64,000 nucleotides of DNA from positions 22,298-86,297 of the forward strand of contig CAYHOB010000009.1 in the NCBI GenBank assembly GCA_964358165.1, read 5' to 3'. The notes below the pieces were generated by a model, which saw only the letters and a list, made by a program, of their open reading frames with translations, ran no database searches and was not told the DNA's origin. Position numbers and translations under genes: made by a program. Positions within the stretch are counted from its first letter, which is position 1, and every line of letters begins with the position of its first letter. Of this stretch, positions 59,844 to 64,000 are shown one piece after another. Source of the stretch: an uncultured Aquirufa sp. GTDB taxonomy: Bacteria > Bacteroidota > Bacteroidia > Cytophagales > Spirosomataceae.

Positions 59844-61175
59844 ATGCTGGAAGATTTCATCCATTTTATCCAAAAAGAGAATTTATTTCAACCCGAAGAC
59901 AAAATCTTAATAGCCGTGAGTGGTGGGATTGATTCCGTTGTTTTAGCCAAACTCTTTTCCTTAGCAAAATTCAATTTTGGAATTGCGCATGTAAATTTCA
60001 GCTTGCGTGGGGAGGAGTCATTGGCAGACGAGATTTTTGTGAAAAAATTAGCCAAAACCCTTAAGGTACCCTACCATAGTATTGTTTTTGATACGAAAGC
60101 CTTTGCTGAAAAGGAAAAAATTTCAACGCAAATGGCCGCACGTTTGTTGCGCTATAATTGGTTTGAAGAAATACGCCAGCGGGAAGGTTATCAATTCATC
60201 GCTACCGCTCACCACCAAATGGACAGCGCTGAAACCGTCTTAATCAACCTAACGCGCGGCAGCGGTTTGGCAGGATTTCATGGTATCCCGGTCAAAAATG
60301 GACATATTATCCGACCCATGTTGTTCGCAAATCAAGAACAAATATTCGACTTAGTGGTTGAGAAACATTTGGCATGGCGAGAAGATTCTTCTAATGAATC
60401 GACTAAATACCAACGAAATTTCATCCGCCATGAAATCATGCCAAAGTTCCAAGAGCTCAATGCAACCTTCGATCAAACGCTCGCACAAACGAGTGAACGT
60501 ATTCGTGACATTGAGTCGTGGATTCAGGAGGAATATGCCATGTGGCAAGAAGCAAACATCAAAAGCGATACGGCAAACAACTTATTTGTTCAATTAAATC
60601 CGAAGTCAGCGCGTGAAAAAGTCATGCAAGAACGCTGGTTACAAAGTCTTGCTTTCAACGGAGACCAAATTGCTCAAATAACGAATCATCCCGTTGACAA
60701 AGTGGGAAAAATATTCGAATCGCCACTATTTACCTTGAATTTCGATCGCATGCAATGGGTAGTAAGTCCCAAAGATACATCAGAATACAAACCCATATTA
60801 GTTCAAGAAGAAGATGAAGTGATTGATTTAGGATCCCATGAATTGCACATCTATGTAGAGGAAAAAACGGCTGATTTTAAGGCCCCCACAGAAGCAAGCA
60901 TCGCATGTTTGGATGCTGATGGATTGACATTTCCCTTAGAAATCCGCAAAACGCAGGAAGGCGATTGGTTTTGTCCATTGGGCATGAACTCCAAAAAGCT
61001 TATTTCTGATTTTCTGACTGATAAAAAAGTAGCTCTGAATCTGAAAAAATCGACCTTATTGATGCTTTCTAAAGGTTCTGTAGCTTGGATTGTGGGGCAT
61101 CGGATTGATAACCGATTTAAGGTTTCAGATAAAACAGAAACGGTGATGATATTCGAATTAAAGCCGAAATCCTAG
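59844..61175 (+). CDS. tilS: tRNA(Ile)-lysidine synthetase
   Basis: AVSGGIDSVVL, AHVNF, ARLLRY, TAHHQMD, RNFIRH. Confidence 0.95.
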   Translation: MLEDFIHFIQKENLFQPEDKILIAVSGGIDSVVLAKLFSLAKFNFGIAHVNFSLRGEESLADEIFVKKLAKTLKVPYHSIVFDTKAFAEKEKISTQMAARLLRYNWFEEIRQREGYQFIATAHHQMDSAETVLINLTRGSGLAGFHGIPVKNGHIIRPMLFANQEQIFDLVVEKHLAWREDSSNESTKYQRNFIRHEIMPKFQELNATFDQTLAQTSERIRDIESWIQEEYAMWQEANIKSDTANNLFVQLNPKSAREKVMQERWLQSLAFNGDQIAQITNHPVDKVGKIFESPLFTLNFDRMQWVVSPKDTSEYKPILVQEEDEVIDLGSHELHIYVEEKTADFKAPTEASIACLDADGLTFPLEIRKTQEGDWFCPLGMNSKKLISDFLTDKKVALNLKKSTLLMLSKGSVAWIVGHRIDNRFKVSDKTETVMIFELKPKS

Positions 61176-61177
61176 CT

Positions 61178-61210
61178 ACCTTTGGCAAACCTTGGAGGAT
61201 TGCCAAAGGT
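61178..61210. repeat. REP-like palindrome of the CTTTGGCAA family
   Basis: ACCTTTGGCAA...TTGCCAAAGGT, between convergent tilS and DUF4835 genes. Confidence 0.7.
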
Positions 61211-61250
61211 AAGGGAATTTAAGGGCTTAATAACCCCTAAAACTGATAAT

Positions 61251-62159
61251 TTACCTGATTAATTTGCGATATGCTTCAGTCCGAATCGGATCGAGTAAAC
61301 TCAAATAGGCAAAGGCCTGTTGGCGCTCTGAAACCCCCGCCTCATCCAAGATAGAAAAGATTTCCTCACTCTTGGCATCAAAAAATACACGGATACTAGC
61401 CGCACCGGGACGCACCTGATTAATCTGGCGAATCTGCATCAACAATTCTAAAATACCCTTGCGAGCTTCATCCGGCTTATCCTTAAAGGTATCCAGAAAC
61501 AAGCGGTGATACGTATAATTCACGTCCCGCATGCCTTGTATTTGTTGGTTCATCAAATTCTCCGAAATCGCAAAACGAGAACGTATATCGGAGGCATTCC
61601 CCCAACCCACTCCTGAATTTTGAGCAAGATTCGTCAAGTTAACTAATTTCTGAATAAAGGCCTCTCCCCCACGCAATCCCATCGAATCATAGTGATAAGC
61701 CAATGACAAATAGGCATAATAGGCCATCAAAGAACTTAAATTGTCAATATAGCTATTGTCATTGTACGTGATCGGGGTCCCAATCTGGTACTTGAAATTA
61801 AAGTTCTTATCAATCATATTTAGGACAACTGTTTCATAAGATGTCCCAAATACAGGCCTTAAAACTTGAATACGGGCATTTGCCTCGAAATCACCCTGTG
61901 AACTGGCTTTGGTCAACAATAAATTGATATTCACCTTAATCTTCTCTTCTGGGGCAAAATTATCATTAGACCAACGGCGGTTGGACAAAAAATCTTGAAG
62001 TGTACGCTGAAGTTCGGTATAGATTTGCGAGGACCCTCGCTGCTGATCGAGCTGTAATTGCTCCGTATTAATTGTAACTGTTGCCTGTAGTTCTTGGGCT
62101 TTCATTGCCCAAGAACCGAGACATAGTATCGCGAATAAAATGATGCGAATGGATTTCAT
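61251..62159 (-). CDS. DUF4835 family protein (PorD-like)
   Basis: AQELQATVTIN, FLSNRRW, NLSSLMAYYAY, FFDAKSEEI. Located downstream of rpoZ. Confidence 0.8.
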   Translation of the reverse strand: MKSIRIILFAILCLGSWAMKAQELQATVTINTEQLQLDQQRGSSQIYTELQRTLQDFLSNRRWSNDNFAPEEKIKVNINLLLTKASSQGDFEANARIQVLRPVFGTSYETVVLNMIDKNFNFKYQIGTPITYNDNSYIDNLSSLMAYYAYLSLAYHYDSMGLRGGEAFIQKLVNLTNLAQNSGVGWGNASDIRSRFAISENLMNQQIQGMRDVNYTYHRLFLDTFKDKPDEARKGILELLMQIRQINQVRPGAASIRVFFDAKSEEIFSILDEAGVSERQQAFAYLSLLDPIRTEAYRKLIR

Positions 62160-62180
62160 ATGAAATCAAACGAAAAAAGA

Positions 62181-62507
62181 TTAGTTTTCGTCTGTTCCCT
62201 CTGTGCGAGCTCTGAAAGCTACTTTGTCAGCTAAAAACTCATCGATAGCGATCGCGCTAGGCTTAGGCATACGCTCATAATATTTAGAGATTTCGATCTG
62301 CTCACGGTTTTCAAAAATCTCCTCTAAATTATCTACAGAAGAAGCAAACTCAGATAATTTACCTGATAATTCCTCTTTCATTTTGCTTGAAATCTGGCGA
62401 GCACGTTGTCCAATGATGGAAATTGACTCATATGTGTTACCTGTCTTTGCAGCAATTTTATCTACATCACGCGTAATGATCGATGGATTGGTTTGGATCT
62501 TAGACAT
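62181..62507 (-). CDS. rpoZ: RNA polymerase omega subunit (Bacteroidota type)
   Basis: TGNTYESISIIGQRARQI, LEEIFENREQIEISKYYERMPKP. Confidence 0.9.
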   Translation of the reverse strand: MSKIQTNPSIITRDVDKIAAKTGNTYESISIIGQRARQISSKMKEELSGKLSEFASSVDNLEEIFENREQIEISKYYERMPKPSAIAIDEFLADKVAFRARTEGTDEN

Positions 62508-62531
62508 CTCTTTGAATTTTAATTAAGGTTG

Positions 62532-62539
62532 CAAAAATA
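62532..62539 (-). promoter_or_regulatory. Candidate -7 promoter element for rpoZ
   Basis: TATTTTTG(CA) on the minus strand, about 25 nt upstream of the ATG. Confidence 0.5.
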
Positions 62540-62559
62540 AGATATTTTTCTGAAATAAA

Positions 62560-63450
62560 CTATTGAGGACTCGTGGTCAATTTCGACGTATTCGACTTCT
62601 CTTTCTCTACTAATGCTTTCTGCTCCGCTTCTAGCTTGGCTATACGCTCCACTTCCTGATTACTCTTGTCAAACATCTTCTCCGCATCCTTTAAATATGC
62701 ACTTTGCGGATATTTATCTACAAGTTCTAAATAAAACTTAGATGCATCCGAATAACGCTCTTTTTGCTTTGATTCGATCGTACTGTTTGCCAAATCAAAT
62801 TGAGCCAACACCTTCAAATAGGCCATCTCCTCATTATAATCTGAATCCGGGAAATCACGCTGGAAGTTGGTAATCTCAATCACCGAAGATTTTAAAGATG
62901 CAATATTAAATGGAGATGTCTTGTGGTATAATTTGGCCTTCTCATAGGCTTTACGCTCCAATTTACGACGCAATTCTTTAATCATATTCGAACATTCTTC
63001 TTTGAATTTAGTATCCGGATAATTGTTCAAATAACTCTGTAATTCGTTGATGGCCGACAAAGTTCCTGTTTGGTCCAAATTGTAATTTGGTGAATCTTTA
63101 TACAAGGAGAATGCCGACATATAAATCGCCTCTTCAGCATATTCACTGCGCGAAAATACTTCGTAAAATTTCTTAAAATGAGCATTTGCAACCGTGTAAT
63201 TTCCTAAATTAAAATCACAATAGGCTTGGTAATAAGTCGCCATTTCCTGCGTCGAATCACCTTTCATCAAGGGTAGAATCTCATCAAATAAGATACCTGC
63301 CTTATCAAAATCTTTCTTTTTGTAATAGTCCACAGCTGCCTTATACTTAACAGGCAAACTTGCACTCTTTCTGAACTTCTCGAACTTACCGCATGAACTC
63401 AAGCCCATTAATGCAATAAAACCAACTAGAATATAATTTTTCAATTTCAT
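62560..63450 (-). CDS. bamD: Outer membrane protein assembly factor BamD
   Basis: Lipobox LSSC, TPRs, DSPNYNLDQT, LQSYLNNYP. Directly upstream of rpoZ. Confidence 0.9.
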   Translation of the reverse strand: MKLKNYILVGFIALMGLSSCGKFEKFRKSASLPVKYKAAVDYYKKKDFDKAGILFDEILPLMKGDSTQEMATYYQAYCDFNLGNYTVANAHFKKFYEVFSRSEYAEEAIYMSAFSLYKDSPNYNLDQTGTLSAINELQSYLNNYPDTKFKEECSNMIKELRRKLERKAYEKAKLYHKTSPFNIASLKSSVIEITNFQRDFPDSDYNEEMAYLKVLAQFDLANSTIESKQKERYSDASKFYLELVDKYPQSAYLKDAEKMFDKSNQEVERIAKLEAEQKALVEKEKSNTSKLTTSPQ

Positions 63451-63468
63451 AAGCCTCAAATATACGGA

Positions 63469-63999
63469 TTAATTACGACTAAATTGTAAATGATACAATT
63501 GCGCATACAAGCCCTCTTGCTTCAATAAGTCCTCGTGCGTGCCACGTTCTTTAATTTCACCTTTATCCATCACTAAAATTTGATGCGCATTACGAATCGT
63601 CGATAAACGATGGGCAATCACAACGGCTGTCCTACCTTTCATCAAGGTCGCTATGGCTTGCTGTATCAAACCCTCCGACTCCGAATCTACCGAAGAAGTC
63701 GCCTCGTCTAAGATGATAATTTTGGGATCATGCACCATGGCCCGAACAAAGGAAATTAGTTGGCGCTGCCCCACACTCAAGGTTGCACCACGTTCCATGA
63801 CTTCATACGCATAACCACCTGGTAAGGACATAATAAACTCATGCACACCCACGGCTTTTGCCGCTTCCTCTATCTTTTCCTGCGAAATCATCCGATTACC
63901 CAAATGAATATTATAAGCAATCGAATCGCTGAACAAGAAAACATCCTGCAAAACCACTGCGATATTTTTGCGCAAACTATGAATCTCATATTCTGGTAA
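63469..63999 (-). CDS. ABC transporter ATP-binding protein (5' truncated by window edge)
   Basis: Q loop VLQD, LSVGQRQL, ILDEATSSVD, IAHRLSTI. Frame open to the edge. Confidence 0.92.
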   Translation of the reverse strand, partial: LPEYEIHSLRKNIAVVLQDVFLFSDSIAYNIHLGNRMISQEKIEEAAKAVGVHEFIMSLPGGYAYEVMERGATLSVGQRQLISFVRAMVHDPKIIILDEATSSVDSESEGLIQQAIATLMKGRTAVVIAHRLSTIRNAHQILVMDKGEIKERGTHEDLLKQEGLYAQLYHLQFSRN

Positions 64000-64000
64000 T

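Noticed and set aside
63469-63999. ABC ATPase as the missing exporter of the peptide cluster
   Set aside because: It is 16 kb away in a housekeeping context upstream of bamD; nothing in the sequence links it to the island.

Overview
Bacteroidota chromosome segment, Cytophagales-like. Evidence for that placement: TAnnTTTG promoters, T9SS components, and Bacteroidota-type rpoZ, DUF4290 and DUF4835; a streamlined freshwater genus such as Aquirufa is my guess only. Most of the window is housekeeping: miaA, DEAD-box helicase, acs, clpB, rsmA, mgtE, dtd, rpoN, asnS, murA, sucA-sucB-lpdA, htpG, tilS, rpoZ, bamD and tRNA-Arg(ACG). The standout is an AT-rich island at about 43.75-47.6 kb. It encodes, on the minus strand, a solo LuxR HTH, an 80-aa Gly/Ala-rich peptide, an M48 peptidase, a SpoIIM/DUF95 membrane protein, a Yip1-like membrane protein and a DUF6734 protein with a DxD motif. 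This resembles head-to-tail cyclised (circular) bacteriocin clusters, which to my knowledge are characterised only from Firmicutes, but it has no ABC ATPase. Its upstream region carries 11-bp direct repeats and a possible structured RNA leader. Other accessory features: several REP-like palindrome families arranged in tandem arrays and mirror-symmetric mosaics, inverted heptamer arrays, a DUF4160/DUF2442 pair, a lower Weimberg-pathway gene pair, a tRNA-adjacent glycosyltransferase cassette and an orphan alkB. All family assignments come from motif recognition by eye; no database searches or computations were run.
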